From assembly GCF_018350175.1 (NCBI RefSeq), contig NC_058369.1, forward strand, positions 4,218,001 through 4,282,000: DNA of 64,000 bases. Reading direction: 5' to 3'. The notes below the pieces were generated by a model. The model was given only the letters and a program-made list of their open reading frames with translations. It searched no databases and was not told the origin of the DNA. This document shows positions 63,000 through 64,000 of the stretch, piece by piece (position 1 is the first letter of the stretch; each line of letters opens with the position of its first letter). Both the position numbers and the translations under genes were made by a program. This stretch comes from Felis catus. Taxonomy: Eukaryota.

Positions 63000-63168
63000 A
63001 TGCAGCGCTGGAAGGCGGCAGCCTTAGCCTCGGTGCTCTGCAGCTCCGTGCTCTCCATCTGGATGTGTCGGGACGGCCTGCTCCTCAGCCACCGCCTGGG
63101 ACCCGCGCTGTCCCCACTGCGCCGGCCACCTCGCACCCTGGACGCCCGGATCGCCCGTCTGGCCCAGT
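63000..63168 (+). CDS. NRTN: Neurturin, first coding exon (signal peptide and start of pro-region); 3'-partial
   Basis: MQRWKAAALASVLCSSVLSIWMCRDGLLLSHRLGPALSPLRRPPRTLDARIARLAQ followed by donor T|gtaagc. The mature GDNF-family domain exon is not in the window. Confidence 0.95.
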
Positions 63169-64000
63169 GTAAGCCCCTCCCCGTCGCGGGTCAGATGGCG
63201 GGATCCAGGGGCGGGCACAACAGTGGAATTTCCGGCAGGGGCCACGGAGGCTTATTTAGATGGGGTGTAGGGGGTGCCAGTCTTCCCAGCGGCCTGGCAG
63301 GGGTGGCATGGGGCGGGGGTGGTGGCTGAGAACCAGGTGGCGGGGGGTCTCTTGGCTCAGCTGTCATAAGGAATTAGGCTCTGGCCCCGAGGGGACCAAG
63401 GGACCAGATGGAGATTAGACCTGGGCGTCGGGCCCGGAGGCCCCCACCGCACAGCGGGGAGTGTGCGGAGACGGAGGCTGCACCCGAGTCCCCACTGACC
63501 TGCCCGGTGGACAGAGACCAAGCGGAGGGGGAGACACGAGAGACCTAGAACTGGGGAGAGAAACAGAGGCATAAAGGCTCAGAGACAAAGAGACAGGAGT
63601 TGGGAGAGATGACATACTAGAAGGCGGGGGATGCAGACTTGAAATACGGCCTCCCCCCCCCCCCCCCGGAGGGGCGTGGCCCCCACGGCCCAACTTCCCA
63701 CTCCTTCCAGGCACCTGCCCTGTGCCCTCCTGCCAGGCATGGGCCGGGCATGGGTCCCACCTCTTGTGTGCGCACGCGCGCACGTGTCCACGCGGAGCCG
63801 CGCGGGTGACCGAGGTGTACGTCTGGGCGCGTGCAACGGGCCTGTGGGTGGGGCGACGGGCACGCCTGCGTGCAAGTCCTCGCCGGCCCTGTGGGCCCAC
63901 ACAATCCTCCTTTCTTGTGCTTACAATGGACAAGGGTAGCCGGCGGCACGGGCTCCACTTCCGTCGGCCGCTTGGCCGCTTCTTCCTGCGGCGTCAAAGA

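Overview
Eukaryotic genomic DNA from a cat-family (felid) genome, judged from the many SINEC_Fc-type Can-SINEs. The window is syntenic to human 19p13.3 and holds four protein-coding genes, reconstructed exon by exon from GT-AG sites and codon phase. CATSPERD (+) has its last 18 coding exons at 106-35386 (688 aa in window, 5' end outside). PRR22 (-) has 3 coding exons and 437 aa. DUS3L (-) has 13 coding exons and 645 aa. NRTN (+) has a putative non-coding first exon in a CpG island at about 52 kb and a first coding exon at 63000-63168; the mature-domain exon lies beyond the window. All reading frames are intact. CATSPERD introns are dense with SINEs, L1, MaLR/ERVL LTRs, MER DNA transposons and microsatellites. 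I found no evidence of a new protein-coding system; the long ORF-track entries are shadow ORFs or repeat translations. The most notable non-coding signals are a ~265 bp inverted duplication in NRTN intron 1, a compact double palindrome upstream of NRTN, a cluster of four ZNF143-like motifs in DUS3L intron 1, unusual polyadenylation signals, a CTCF consensus apparently created by a SINE insertion junction, and three SINEs nested inside each other. Gene identities, exon numbers and repeat families come from my recollection of known sequences, not from searches.
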